From IMG/VR virus record IMGVR_UViG_3300006092_000329, positions 1,339 to 65,338 of that record: a stretch of 64,000 bases of DNA; one strand, 5' to 3'. This DNA is from a virus (taxonomy: Duplodnaviria; Caudoviricetes). A program made the translations under genes and the position numbers. Shown one piece after another: positions 25,941 to 35,256 of this stretch (positions are counted from its first letter, which is position 1; the number at the start of each line of letters is the position of its first letter). The notes beneath the pieces are model-generated. The model was not told the origin of the DNA. It searched no databases and worked only from the letters and a program-made list of their open reading frames with translations.

Positions 25941-26603
25941 ATGAAACCTGAACAACTCCCGTCCTATGGACAGTATTTCGACGGCGGAGAGCGCATTGAC
26001 CTCGGTCACGGCTACTGCGCCAAGGTCGAACTCTGGTACGACGAATGCATGCGTGAGCCGTGGAAGGAGATGGACGGCTGCGTTGTCGGCATCCGCACCG
26101 CCAGCACCAACTACACGGGGCACATCAGCAAGTCGCCGAACGAGCGCATCTTGCACAAGGGCGACCGCAACCAGTGGGATTACGTGTACGACTTCAACGC
26201 CTCTCTCGCCGTCGCACTGAAGGACGGATGGGGATGCCGCGCCGACTTGGAGGGCATGACCAAGAAACAGCGGGCCGTGAAGGCGGTCGAGGAGAACGCC
26301 GACTGGCTCCGCCGCTGGCTCAACAACGAGTGGCACTGGATCGGTTGCACCGTCACCCTGTACCGCACCATCAAGGGCGACGGTCACTTCCGCGTCTTCG
26401 ACAAGGAGCACGAGGTCATGACCGAATCGTGCGGCGGCTTCGAGGATGAGGGCGACTACTGGAAGGAGATGGCCTGCGAACTCATCGGCGATGCCGTCGA
26501 GAACGACATGGAGGAGCGCCGTCAGGCATGGCGGCAAGCTCTTGCCGAAGCCCGCGAGGAGCGGTACTGGAACCAGCGTGACGTGATCACGGAAGGAGTC
26601 TGA
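25941..26603 (+). CDS. Early hypothetical protein
   Basis: 220 aa, Trp/acidic-rich, AAGGAG RBS. Confidence 0.75.
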   Translation: MKPEQLPSYGQYFDGGERIDLGHGYCAKVELWYDECMREPWKEMDGCVVGIRTASTNYTGHISKSPNERILHKGDRNQWDYVYDFNASLAVALKDGWGCRADLEGMTKKQRAVKAVEENADWLRRWLNNEWHWIGCTVTLYRTIKGDGHFRVFDKEHEVMTESCGGFEDEGDYWKEMACELIGDAVENDMEERRQAWRQALAEAREERYWNQRDVITEGV

Positions 26604-26604
26604 C

Positions 26605-27012
26605 ATGCGAATCTCAATCAGCAAGGAGCACGGTCTCAACCCGACGCTTGGCGTCTGCCTCTGGTGCGGCGAGGAGGACGGCACCATCGGCCTCCTCGGG
26701 GCGAACGGCGGCAGGGAAGCGCCGCGTCACTCGATCATCTCTGCGGAGCCGTGCCCGAAGTGCAAAGCCGGGATGGCGCAGGGCATCACGTTGATCGAGG
26801 CGTCGCCCACCTACAAGGAGGGCTACACCAACATCGGCGGGGCGTACATCTCTCGCCGCTGGTTCGTCATCAAGCGTGAGGCGGCTGAACGCATCCTCAC
26901 GGCAGGCCCGGTGCGCGATTCGGTTCTGCGTGTCGGCAAGGGGTATCTCGATACCGAGACGTTCGAGTACCTCCTCAACCAGTTCAAGCAAGCGGAGGAA
27001 GACCATGGCTGA
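26605..27012 (+). CDS. Early Zn-binding hypothetical protein
   Basis: 135 aa; CLWC and CPKC pairs. Confidence 0.7.
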   Translation: MRISISKEHGLNPTLGVCLWCGEEDGTIGLLGANGGREAPRHSIISAEPCPKCKAGMAQGITLIEASPTYKEGYTNIGGAYISRRWFVIKREAAERILTAGPVRDSVLRVGKGYLDTETFEYLLNQFKQAEEDHG

Positions 27013-27202
27013 AACAAAGCTCCCGACTGTCGGCGGGACGTTCAAGCTGAAATCACCCTCACCCGTGTTTCCGCGAGACATCGCGGCACGGTGGGTGTGC
27101 GACGAACGCTCCGGCACCATGGTCCACGGCAAAGGCGTCGAGGACGAGCACGGCACCCCGATCACCGGATGGTTCCGCATCAACGAAGTCACGTTCATCT
27201 AG
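27005..27202 (+). CDS. Early hypothetical protein (SH3-like size)
   Basis: 65 aa from ATG 27005, GGAGGA RBS. Confidence 0.6.
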   Translation: MAETKLPTVGGTFKLKSPSPVFPRDIAARWVCDERSGTMVHGKGVEDEHGTPITGWFRINEVTFI

Positions 27203-27210
27203 GAGGCCAC

Positions 27211-27510
27211 ATGAAAGCACGATTCTTCAACGAACCCGAGGACTGCGACTGGCTTCGCCACGTCCTGCCGTCCACGAAGGACGTTTCCTTCAAGTCGTTC
27301 ATGCTCTATGGCAACGAGGACTGCCCGATTGCGGCGGACCTGTTCGAGAGCGACGACCCGCTGTTCTACGACGACTTCACCCGAGTGGCGGGTGAGGCAT
27401 TCAACCTCGGCGACTCCGGCTACTTCGACCGCAACCACCGCTGGCAGGACGACATGGCGATGTGCGCTCGTGAGTGGTACGGAATGCCGAAACTTCAGGA
27501 GGAATTCTGA
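27211..27510 (+). CDS. Early acidic hypothetical protein
   Basis: 99 aa from ATG 27211, AGGAGG RBS. Confidence 0.65.
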   Translation: MKARFFNEPEDCDWLRHVLPSTKDVSFKSFMLYGNEDCPIAADLFESDDPLFYDDFTRVAGEAFNLGDSGYFDRNHRWQDDMAMCAREWYGMPKLQEEF

Positions 27511-27947
27511 TGAAGCTCTACCGCGAACTCGCAACCTTGGTGGACGCCTTCCACCGTGTCAACGCCGGTCTCCAAGACGGCTCGTTCCTCGGCGACCCTG
27601 ACTGGCTCCGCCGCCACAAGGCCCGCGCCGAACTGCTCACGAAGAACTTCATGCCGAGCGGCTCCGGCGTGGACTGCGGCACCAAGATCGATGTCGAGGC
27701 CAGCACTGGCGACCGTCTCGTGTTCCAGATGGACTTTCACCACATGGACTCGCAAGGCGGGTACGACGGCTGGACCGAGCACCGTGTCTCCGTCAAGGCT
27801 TCCATGGTCCACGAGATTGACATCCGGATCACGGGGCGCGACCGCAACAAGATCAAGGAGTACCTCCACGACCTCGCTCACGGCTGTCTGGTCGAGGAAC
27901 TCGACATCAAGACCATCCACTCCCTCTACCACAAGGAGGACATTTGA
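27510..27947 (+). CDS. Early hypothetical protein
   Basis: 145 aa from ATG 27510 (TGATG), AGGAGG RBS. Confidence 0.7.
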   Translation: MKLYRELATLVDAFHRVNAGLQDGSFLGDPDWLRRHKARAELLTKNFMPSGSGVDCGTKIDVEASTGDRLVFQMDFHHMDSQGGYDGWTEHRVSVKASMVHEIDIRITGRDRNKIKEYLHDLAHGCLVEELDIKTIHSLYHKEDI

Positions 27948-28123
27948 ACACCAAGCTCCACCCGAAGTCCTGCTCCTGTGCTCAGTGCAAGCGCGGCAAG
28001 GGCACCAAGGCAGGCAAGCAGGCAATGAAGCGGGACGAACGGGCGTTCCGCCACAAGGCGAATCTCGCCACCAAGCAGGGCACTGAAGTCCCCGTCGTGC
28101 CCATCGGCAAATACTACGACTGA
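27944..28123 (+). CDS. Small basic CxCxxC protein (not in ORF track)
   Basis: TTG start after AGGAGG; MNTKLHPKSCSCAQCKRGKG..., 59 aa. Confidence 0.6.
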   Translation: MNTKLHPKSCSCAQCKRGKGTKAGKQAMKRDERAFRHKANLATKQGTEVPVVPIGKYYD

Positions 28124-28136
28124 AGGGAGGTCAAGC

Positions 28137-28325
28137 ATGGCAATCACCCACATCACCGTGCGCCGCGAGAAGAACTACGGCATCGAAGTCTTCTACCCGG
28201 AGGACGAAGCCGCCAAGTTGTTCGCCAACGTGGCGCAGACCAGCACGCTGACGCGCCGGACGCTGGACGCCATCAAGCGTTTCGGCATCCAGATCAACGT
28301 GGTTCATCCCACGGTGACGCTGTGA
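28137..28325 (+). CDS. Early hypothetical protein
   Basis: 62 aa, GGAGG RBS. Confidence 0.65.
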   Translation: MAITHITVRREKNYGIEVFYPEDEAAKLFANVAQTSTLTRRTLDAIKRFGIQINVVHPTVTL

Positions 28326-28588
28326 AGCTGAAGCTCTCGCGTCTTCACAAGGACAAGCGGGACGCTTTGAAAGCCCTGTGGTTGGGGCATCAGATTCACT
28401 CCTTCCCCCACGGCACAGGGCAAAACCTGCGGCGGCGTGCCCGCTCCAATGCGGTCGCCGTTGTGTCCAAGCACTCGGATGGTCGGTACGGTCACTCGAT
28501 CTACCACGTCCTTGATCCTCACCCGTACATCAACCATCGACGAAAGCGCGTTCGCTTCATCCCCGTCGAGGTCGATGTCAAATACTGA
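28322..28588 (+). CDS. Basic His/Arg-rich hypothetical protein
   Basis: 88 aa, GTGA overlap. Confidence 0.45.
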   Translation: MKLKLSRLHKDKRDALKALWLGHQIHSFPHGTGQNLRRRARSNAVAVVSKHSDGRYGHSIYHVLDPHPYINHRRKRVRFIPVEVDVKY

Positions 28589-28597
28589 AAGGCATCT

Positions 28598-29527
28598 ATG
28601 AAACTGATTGATCGCTTTACCGGCAGCATCATGGGCCTCGCCATCGGCGACGCCCTTGGCGCTCCCGTCGAGTTCAAGGAGGCTGGCACGTTCACGAAGG
28701 TCAAGTCCTTCCGAGACGGCGGGCCGTTCAACCTGAAGGCTGGCGAGTGGACGGATGACACGTCCATGGCGCTCGCCATGGCGGACAGCATCGTCATCAC
28801 GAAGACCATCGATCCAACGGATCAACTCTTGCGGTACTGGAGTTGGTATCAGTACGGTCGCTACTCATCGAACGGGCGATGCTTCGACATCGGACTCACC
28901 ACGAAGGCCGCTCTCGAACGCTGGCACAGGACCAAGGTGCCGTACCCCGGACGAGGCAAGTTCGATTCCGGCAACGGCTCACTGATGCGTCTTGCCCCTG
29001 CCGTGCTGGCATTCAGCGAGTCACGGGAGAAGGCGCTGTGCGCTGCGGTCGCTTCATCATCCACGACGCACGCCTCCCCCATCGTTCTCGACTGCGTGGA
29101 AATCATGGCCTCGGTCCTGATGGATGCGCTGGACGGACGGATCGAGATGATGTCCGGCCCGCTCTCGTACCGCACCCCGGAGGGCGCTGACGTGGGCCTG
29201 TGCGGCATAGGCACCATGCGCATTCCGCAGATGCGCCCATCCGGCTACGCTCCCGAGTCCCTGTGGTGCGCACTCGAATGCCTTCGCACCACGAAGACGT
29301 TCAAGACCGCAGTGCTCAAGGCGGTGAACCTTGGCGGCGACGCCGACACCATTGGCGCTATCACCGGGCAGATTGCCGGGGCGCTGTACGGTATCGAGGG
29401 AATCCCGGACGAGTGGCGCAGGAACGTCGCGCTTCCGAAGACGCTCATGAAGGTGGGGCGTGCGCTGTACGAGGGTCGAAAGGACTTCCATTTCACCACG
29501 GTACTTCGTACCGAAAAAAGTTCTTGA
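28598..29527 (+). CDS. ADP-ribosylglycohydrolase (ARH/DraG family)
   Basis: GDALGAPVEF, WTDDTSM, GNGSLMR, THAS, GGDADT signature motifs all intact. Confidence 0.92.
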   Translation: MKLIDRFTGSIMGLAIGDALGAPVEFKEAGTFTKVKSFRDGGPFNLKAGEWTDDTSMALAMADSIVITKTIDPTDQLLRYWSWYQYGRYSSNGRCFDIGLTTKAALERWHRTKVPYPGRGKFDSGNGSLMRLAPAVLAFSESREKALCAAVASSSTTHASPIVLDCVEIMASVLMDALDGRIEMMSGPLSYRTPEGADVGLCGIGTMRIPQMRPSGYAPESLWCALECLRTTKTFKTAVLKAVNLGGDADTIGAITGQIAGALYGIEGIPDEWRRNVALPKTLMKVGRALYEGRKDFHFTTVLRTEKSS

Positions 29528-29553
29528 CAAGGATATTCACCGACGAATAAACT
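29524..29553 (+). promoter_or_regulatory. sigma70-type promoter for AAA-vWA triad
   Basis: TTGACA-N18-TAAACT; spacer shares TATTCACCGA with the 22913 promoter. Confidence 0.7.
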
Positions 29554-29582
29554 GTTTGCCGCTTCACCGTTGTCCAACTCAC

Positions 29583-29605
29583 AAGCCCTCCGGGGCTATG
29601 AAAGG
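29583..29605 (+). repeat. Hairpin motif copy 4 abutting RBS
   Basis: AAGCCCTCCGGGGCTATGAAAGG. Confidence 0.75.
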
Positions 29606-29612
29606 AAACACC

Positions 29613-30686
29613 ATGTCTCTGATCGCCGCCAATTCGGTGAGTCACTCCGACCTCACCGTCATCCTCAAGCTGTACGTCATGGGAAACAAGCCGGTCCTTG
29701 TGACCGGCGCTCCCGGAATCGGCAAGACCGATTGCATCATCGCTGCCTGCAAGCTGCTCGGCTTCGACTACCTGATCCTCCACCCCGTCACGTCGGAACC
29801 CATCGACTACAAGGGTCTGCCTGCCATCGTCAACGGCGAGGCTCGCTTCCTCCCGTATGGTGAGTTGCTCGCCATGCTCAAGGCGAAGAAGCCGCTGGTC
29901 ATCTTCTTCGATGACCTCGGTCAAGCTGCCGAGGCGGTGCAGAAGCCGCTCATGCAACTGCTGCTGGCCCGCGAAATCAACGGCGTGAAGATCAGCGACG
30001 AGGTTCGCTTCGTCGCCGCGACCAACCGCCGCAAGGACAGGGCTGGCGTCTCCGGGATTCTGGAGCCGGTCAAGTCCCGCTTCGCCACCATCGTTGAACT
30101 CGTTCCGTCCGTCCCTGTGTGGATGGATTGGGCGCAGGACAACGGGATGCCGGACGTTCTGGTCGGCTACATCAACTCCCATCCGGACGCTCTGTTCGAG
30201 CCGAATCCCACGCAGGACTTGGTGAACAGCCCTTCCCCCCGGTCGTGGTCTCACGTCGCCTTCGCTGTCACGTCTGGAATCCCGGAGCATCTGCGCCGGA
30301 CGGTCGTCGGCGGCGCTGTCGGCATGCAACGCGGCACCGAGTTCGTCAACTTCTGGACGATCAACGAGAAGGTGATCCCGCCTCTCGATGTCCTCGCCAA
30401 TCCCGAGGGCTGCGATCTGCCCGACGATCACTCGATGCTGTACGCCCTGTGCCGTGGCGTCAACGTCGCAGTGACTCCGAAGTTGATGGCGAACTACGGC
30501 AAGCTCCTCTCCCGTTTGCTCATGATGCAGAAGGGTGAGATGGCAAGCATGATGTACCACCAGATGTCCTCGTTCGACGGCACCGATGGCAAGCGTGACA
30601 AGACCGGGTGCCACGCAACGAAGGCATGGATCGATCTGACCACTGGCCCGGTCGGAAAGATGATCACCAAGGCCAGCCGCATCTAA
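29613..30686 (+). CDS. AAA+ ATPase (MoxR/dynein-like clade)
   Basis: 357 aa from ATG 29613; GAPGIGKT Walker A, IFFDDL Walker B, AATN sensor I, SRF, SPRSW. Confidence 0.88.
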   Translation: MSLIAANSVSHSDLTVILKLYVMGNKPVLVTGAPGIGKTDCIIAACKLLGFDYLILHPVTSEPIDYKGLPAIVNGEARFLPYGELLAMLKAKKPLVIFFDDLGQAAEAVQKPLMQLLLAREINGVKISDEVRFVAATNRRKDRAGVSGILEPVKSRFATIVELVPSVPVWMDWAQDNGMPDVLVGYINSHPDALFEPNPTQDLVNSPSPRSWSHVAFAVTSGIPEHLRRTVVGGAVGMQRGTEFVNFWTINEKVIPPLDVLANPEGCDLPDDHSMLYALCRGVNVAVTPKLMANYGKLLSRLLMMQKGEMASMMYHQMSSFDGTDGKRDKTGCHATKAWIDLTTGPVGKMITKASRI

Positions 30687-30698
30687 CCCTCCCATCAC

Positions 30699-30721
30699 AA
30701 GCCCCAAGGGGCTATGAAAGG
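30699..30721 (+). repeat. Hairpin motif copy 5 abutting RBS
   Basis: AAGCCCCAAGGGGCTATGAAAGG. Confidence 0.8.
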
Positions 30722-30730
30722 CAACGACAA

Positions 30731-31603
30731 ATGAACACCTTCAAGACTGACGTGAACCTGACGACCTCCTGCCTGCTGGTCTCCCTCGTCTCGACCGCAT
30801 GGAGCGCCCGTCATCTCGACCGCACCCTGACCTCCGAAGTCCACAAGCGCCACGGCATCAGCGAAAAGTCCGGTCGCTACAACAAGTGCGTGGTGGACGT
30901 GGACGATCCCGACTTCGCCAACAACGCCAAGTTCCGGGCCGCTGCCCGCTCCTTCCTGTACCAGAAGACCTTGCCGTGGGCGACTGACGGGAGCCGCATC
31001 CTGCTGGCGTCTTCGTTCACCAACTTCCAGACCGACATGGGCCAGCATGAGCGTGCCGTCAAGGCTGCGGACGAGGTTCTGTTCGCCGCTTACCCGAGGC
31101 TCAAGGCGAAGGCGAAGATCGACCTGAACGGCGCGTACAACGAGAACGACTACCCGTCGCAGGCCGAACTCGAATCGAAGTTCCGCTTCGTGGTGAAGTA
31201 CCTCCCGGTCCCGAGCGTCAACGACTTCCGGGTGGACCTCGGCAAGAAGACCATCGCCGCTCTGGAGCAGCAACTCCGGGACGAGATGGAGAGCGTCGCC
31301 GAGCAGGCCATGCGTGATGTCTGGGAGCGTCTGCTCAAGCCGGTCAAGAACATGGCCGTGCAACTCTCGAAGCCGAACGGCAAGGTCCACGACTCCATCG
31401 TCGGCAACATCATCGACATCTGCAAGATCATCCCGGACCTGAACATCGCGGACGACCCGAAGCTGGAGGAACTCCGCAAGGAGATCATGAAGACGCTCAC
31501 CCGTCCGACCACCATCATCCGCAACGACCCGGCAGCGAAGGCCGACCTCGCCAAGAAGGCCAAGGCGATCAGCGCCAAGATGTCGGCCCTCATGGGAGAG
31601 TGA
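30731..31603 (+). CDS. Helical/coiled-coil partner of AAA-vWA module (DUF3150-like)
   Basis: 290 aa from ATG 30731, between AAA and vWA genes; family label tentative. Confidence 0.65.
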   Translation: MNTFKTDVNLTTSCLLVSLVSTAWSARHLDRTLTSEVHKRHGISEKSGRYNKCVVDVDDPDFANNAKFRAAARSFLYQKTLPWATDGSRILLASSFTNFQTDMGQHERAVKAADEVLFAAYPRLKAKAKIDLNGAYNENDYPSQAELESKFRFVVKYLPVPSVNDFRVDLGKKTIAALEQQLRDEMESVAEQAMRDVWERLLKPVKNMAVQLSKPNGKVHDSIVGNIIDICKIIPDLNIADDPKLEELRKEIMKTLTRPTTIIRNDPAAKADLAKKAKAISAKMSALMGE

Positions 31604-31604
31604 C

Positions 31605-32723
31605 ATGCACCCGCTACTCAATCGCATCAGTGTTTGCGCCACCGTGCTGCTCATGCGGTGGGCGTTCTACGGGGCGCTGTGCTTCAAGCTGCAACCCGTG
31701 GTGGACGAGTCCATCGGGACCGCTGGTACGGATGGGACGCGGGTGTGGTTCGCCCCGTCCTACTGCGACAAGCTGACCGAACGTCAACTCGTGGGCCTGA
31801 TCGCTCACGAGATTCTCCACTGCGCCCTGCTTCACATGCTGCGCCTCAATGGGCGTGATCCGGAACTGTGGAACCTCGCTTGCGACTACGTGATCGACCA
31901 GATTCTCGTGGACGCAGGGTTCGAGGTTCCGGATGCCACGGTCAACCCTGCGTGGCGCGGCTGGACTGCGGAGATGATCTACGAGGAACTCCTCAAGCAG
32001 CAGAAGCAGACCGGCAAGAAGCCGAGCGGCGGCAAGGGCGACAAGCTCATCGCCCCGAAGGACGACGCCGAGGCGAAGACCCTGCAATCCGGGTGGGAGG
32101 AAGCCGTGCAGGCTGCGGTCATGCTCACCAAGGGCAAGGGCGATCTTCCTGCGGGGCTGGACATGGCGATCAAGCAGATCACCGAGGCCCGTGTCGATTG
32201 GCGCTCCGAGATGCGTCGCTTCACGCAGCAGACCGCGAAGAACGATTACTCGTGGTCTAGGCCCAACCGCCGCTGGCTTGGTGCGGGGTTCGTGCTTCCG
32301 TCCATGTACTCGGAGCGCCTTCCTCCTGTCGTGTTCGTGAGGGATACCTCCGGGTCACTCTGGAGTCCGGCGTGCCAGTCGATCTTCAACAAGGAGTGCG
32401 ACTCCCTGATCGCCGAGTGCAACCCGGAGGCAACGCATGTCCTGCAAGTGGACGCCCGCCTTCAAGACGCACGTACCTTCGAGAGCGGCGATGAGATCGA
32501 CCTCGGCAGCATCAAGGGCGGGGGCGGCACCAGCTTCGTCCCGGCGTTCGATTGGGTCGAGGAGCAGGGCATCGAGCCTGCCTGCCTGATCTACCTCACC
32601 GACATGGACGGCACGTTCCCGAAGCAAGCCCCGTCCTACCCTGTGCTGTGGGCATCCACGGTGAAGGGGAAGAAGGCTCCGTTCGGGGAAGTGTTGTACA
32701 TCGACATGGAGCAGAGACCATGA
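31605..32723 (+). CDS. Metallopeptidase-vWA fusion (DUF2201-like)
   Basis: TAGTDG, AHEILH...WNLACDYVID zincin domain; DTSGS MIDAS, GGGTSF, LTD vWA motifs. Confidence 0.88.
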   Translation: MHPLLNRISVCATVLLMRWAFYGALCFKLQPVVDESIGTAGTDGTRVWFAPSYCDKLTERQLVGLIAHEILHCALLHMLRLNGRDPELWNLACDYVIDQILVDAGFEVPDATVNPAWRGWTAEMIYEELLKQQKQTGKKPSGGKGDKLIAPKDDAEAKTLQSGWEEAVQAAVMLTKGKGDLPAGLDMAIKQITEARVDWRSEMRRFTQQTAKNDYSWSRPNRRWLGAGFVLPSMYSERLPPVVFVRDTSGSLWSPACQSIFNKECDSLIAECNPEATHVLQVDARLQDARTFESGDEIDLGSIKGGGGTSFVPAFDWVEEQGIEPACLIYLTDMDGTFPKQAPSYPVLWASTVKGKKAPFGEVLYIDMEQRP

Positions 32724-33100
32724 CACGCCGCAAAGACCTGTACTTCGGGTCTGAACTCGAACACCGCTACGCCGAAAGGCGTAGCACCCAGAACCCGAGC
32801 GCCATCATCAACCTGCTGGCTGCTCGATACGAGACCATGATCACGGACGCACTGACGGACTTCTCGCAAGACGAGATCGAGTTGGTCGTGGCCGTGCTCA
32901 CGGACTCGGGCTTGACGAATCTTCCCGCAGGGTTGATCGGCAAGCTGCCTGACTTCGTGGCCGAGTACGTGACTCGCAATCCGTACAGGGCCGACGAAGC
33001 GAAGCAACTCCTCGCTGATCTGGAGGGGAACTACGCGGACTGCCTCGCCCTCGTGGAAGGGGCGGAACGCATCATCTATCAACGCATGAAGGAGCAGTGA
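32720..33100 (+). CDS. Hypothetical protein
   Basis: 126 aa from ATG 32720 (ATGA overlap). Confidence 0.6.
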   Translation: MTRRKDLYFGSELEHRYAERRSTQNPSAIINLLAARYETMITDALTDFSQDEIELVVAVLTDSGLTNLPAGLIGKLPDFVAEYVTRNPYRADEAKQLLADLEGNYADCLALVEGAERIIYQRMKEQ

Positions 33101-33450
33101 ACATGATCGAACTCAAGGGAGGCCGTGGCCTCGCAAGCCTGCTGCAAGCTCTGGCCGGACAAGACGGGCCGTCCGAGGCGGAAATGGAACCCGTCGATGG
33201 CAAGGAGTGCATCGTCTGGGTGAGCAAGCGCGTCGAGGTCAGCCTCAAGATCAACGTCCCCGAGGGGGTCACGATCCTGAAGAAGAAGGGCGGCGACAAG
33301 GGCGACTTCTACATCAAGGCCAAGCACAACTGCGGCGACCCGGCCTGTCCGCTGGAGGGCCGGGACCAGATCATCCCCGTGTCCGCCTGCCTGAACGAGA
33401 ACGGCGAGGGTGACTTCGGCATCAAGTACGAGGAGATCACCCTCAGTTAG
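33097..33450 (+). CDS. Hypothetical protein
   Basis: 117 aa, last gene of the early operon, converging with VRR-NUC gene. Confidence 0.6.
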   Translation: MNMIELKGGRGLASLLQALAGQDGPSEAEMEPVDGKECIVWVSKRVEVSLKINVPEGVTILKKKGGDKGDFYIKAKHNCGDPACPLEGRDQIIPVSACLNENGEGDFGIKYEEITLS

Positions 33451-33892
33451 CGGTTCGCTCCGCACCGAAGGCACCAAGGTAGTCGAGTATGGCTCCCTTG
33501 GCGTCTTCCCAATCGTAGGCGACGATGCTCATGTGCCCGAGGCCCATCATCATGTCGCCCCACGCCTGCTGCTCGGGAGACAGCTTGTCCTTCCCGTACT
33601 TGATCTCGATGATCAGGCCAGAGCGTATCGCGCCTTGAAAGACGCGAGCGATTGGCAAGACGTAATCCCATACACCGGGCACCATGCCCTCCGCTTTCAT
33701 GCGAGCAGCAGCCTGCGGTGTACGTTTCCCCTCATTCGGAACATGGATGAGAGCGCCAAGCTCTCGGATGTTGTTCATCTGCAAGGTCCGCCAATCCCAG
33801 AGCGCCTTGCAGTGCGCGTGGTGCCCGTCTACCCTCGGCGCTTTGACCTGTTGAAGCCTTGCGGCGCTCGCTTTTTTCGGCACTCCTCGCAT
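33443..33892 (-). CDS. VRR-NUC domain nuclease
   Basis: PNEGKR...AEGMVPGVWD...IEIKYGKDKLSPEQQAW; start uncertain (33892 or 33949). Confidence 0.8.
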   Translation of the reverse strand: MRGVPKKASAARLQQVKAPRVDGHHAHCKALWDWRTLQMNNIRELGALIHVPNEGKRTPQAAARMKAEGMVPGVWDYVLPIARVFQGAIRSGLIIEIKYGKDKLSPEQQAWGDMMMGLGHMSIVAYDWEDAKGAILDYLGAFGAERTAN

Positions 33893-33990
33893 AGATACCT
33901 GACCATTCCTTTCGGGCTGACGAACTTGTAGGTGCCATTTCCACGGCACCCGAGATTTGCGCAGGCTCTTGAGGGCGGCTCGTCCAAGAG

Positions 33991-34305
33991 TTACTCCGAG
34001 ACGATCACCAACTTGGCGTCGATCAACTGGTTCAGCGAGCGAGCCTTGCCTTCGTAGAAGGCGAGGTCAACGTCCTGCCAAGTCATGCCTTCTGGCGGAT
34101 TCGATTTGCCGTTCCTGTCAACGAATTCGTGGCATGCGCTGCACCCGATGGCACCATGGATGTCGCGCACCTTCATGCCCAGACCCTTGCCTTCCGCCAT
34201 GCTGCGCCCGTGGCACCAGACGGAGGTCTCCGGGTTGAAGTTGCACACACCGGGCAGGCGGATCGTGCAGTCCCGCCCTCTGGCGAACTTCGTGATCTTC
34301 GACAT
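33991..34305 (-). CDS. DUF1364/YbcO-like putative nuclease
   Basis: ARGRDCTIRLPGVCNFNPETSVWCH...GCSACH. Confidence 0.8.
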   Translation of the reverse strand: MSKITKFARGRDCTIRLPGVCNFNPETSVWCHGRSMAEGKGLGMKVRDIHGAIGCSACHEFVDRNGKSNPPEGMTWQDVDLAFYEGKARSLNQLIDAKLVIVSE

Positions 34306-34649
34306 CAGTGGATCAGGCCGTCGTTGGCGGGCAGCACAAGCCCGCCTTCAGTGGTCTCGTCCACGCTCACGGAGCCAGAGCGGTTGACCTCCGTGGTCGG
34401 GTCGCCGATTGCCATCTTCACGTGCGCCCACGCCTCGTTGGCAAGCTCGCCAGCCGCCGTCTGGTCCCCTCCGCAGATGCTCAAGGCCACGTTGTTCACG
34501 GCCAAGCACAGGCCCAGAAGCGCCTGATAGGGCGGCATCTTGCCGTTGAGCGCCGCCTCGATCACGGTCGCCGCCAGCCCGCCAGCGAACGCCTGAACCT
34601 GCGCGTGCTCGTCGTCGTCCGACTGGACGGGTTGAGTATCGTCACTCAT
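34305..34649 (-). CDS. Hypothetical protein
   Basis: 114 aa, coupled in operon. Confidence 0.6.
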   Translation of the reverse strand: MSDDTQPVQSDDDEHAQVQAFAGGLAATVIEAALNGKMPPYQALLGLCLAVNNVALSICGGDQTAAGELANEAWAHVKMAIGDPTTEVNRSGSVSVDETTEGGLVLPANDGLIH

Positions 34650-35256
34650 CTTCCATTCCCTCCTTCAGTTTCGTCGCCGTCGCACCGAGGTAGTCGGAGA
34701 TCACTTCGGACGGGTCACGGTTTTCCTTGAACTCAAGGATCGGAACCCCGGCGAGCGATTGATATACGGCGGTGAGTAAGCCCAAGGATACTCGAAGCTC
34801 GATGTTTGCGAAAGGGCGCACGATGTCCGCTGGCATCTGGAAGTTCCCGGTCACTCGACCGAAGTCCTGCCCTCCGCCAACGTACACCATCGTCCCGGTC
34901 TGCAAGCTGGCGATGTACTTGCGCTGGTTCTCGGACTGATCTTCGAGGTTGTTGAGCAGCTTCGCCACCGCCTCCAGAGCAGACCGCATGTGCGACAACT
35001 GCTTGTGCGTCGGAGCGTTCGGGTTGACCCCGCCGCCGATGCGCTCGTCGGCGGCAATGGCCTGCGGGATACTGTTGAATCCTTGCGTCGCGTGCTTTGC
35101 GGCATCCGCAACATCAAAGACGGACTTCGACATGCGATCAACTTCCCCTGCCGCAGCCTTCAGCGCGTAGTCATCGACAAGCCCTGACTGCCTGAGTTCG
35201 GCAAGAACTTTGAACGCCGCGTCCATTTTCATTTCTACTTCGTTGGCTGTTGCCAT
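34642..35256 (-). CDS. Hypothetical protein
   Basis: 204 aa, TAATG coupling. Confidence 0.6.
   Translation of the reverse strand: MATANEVEMKMDAAFKVLAELRQSGLVDDYALKAAAGEVDRMSKSVFDVADAAKHATQGFNSIPQAIAADERIGGGVNPNAPTHKQLSHMRSALEAVAKLLNNLEDQSENQRKYIASLQTGTMVYVGGGQDFGRVTGNFQMPADIVRPFANIELRVSLGLLTAVYQSLAGVPILEFKENRDPSEVISDYLGATATKLKEGMEDE

Noticed and set aside
23139-30721. Repeated hairpins as CRISPR repeats or terminators
   Set aside because: Irregular kb-scale spacing, no cas genes, and purine-rich SD rather than a U-tract downstream
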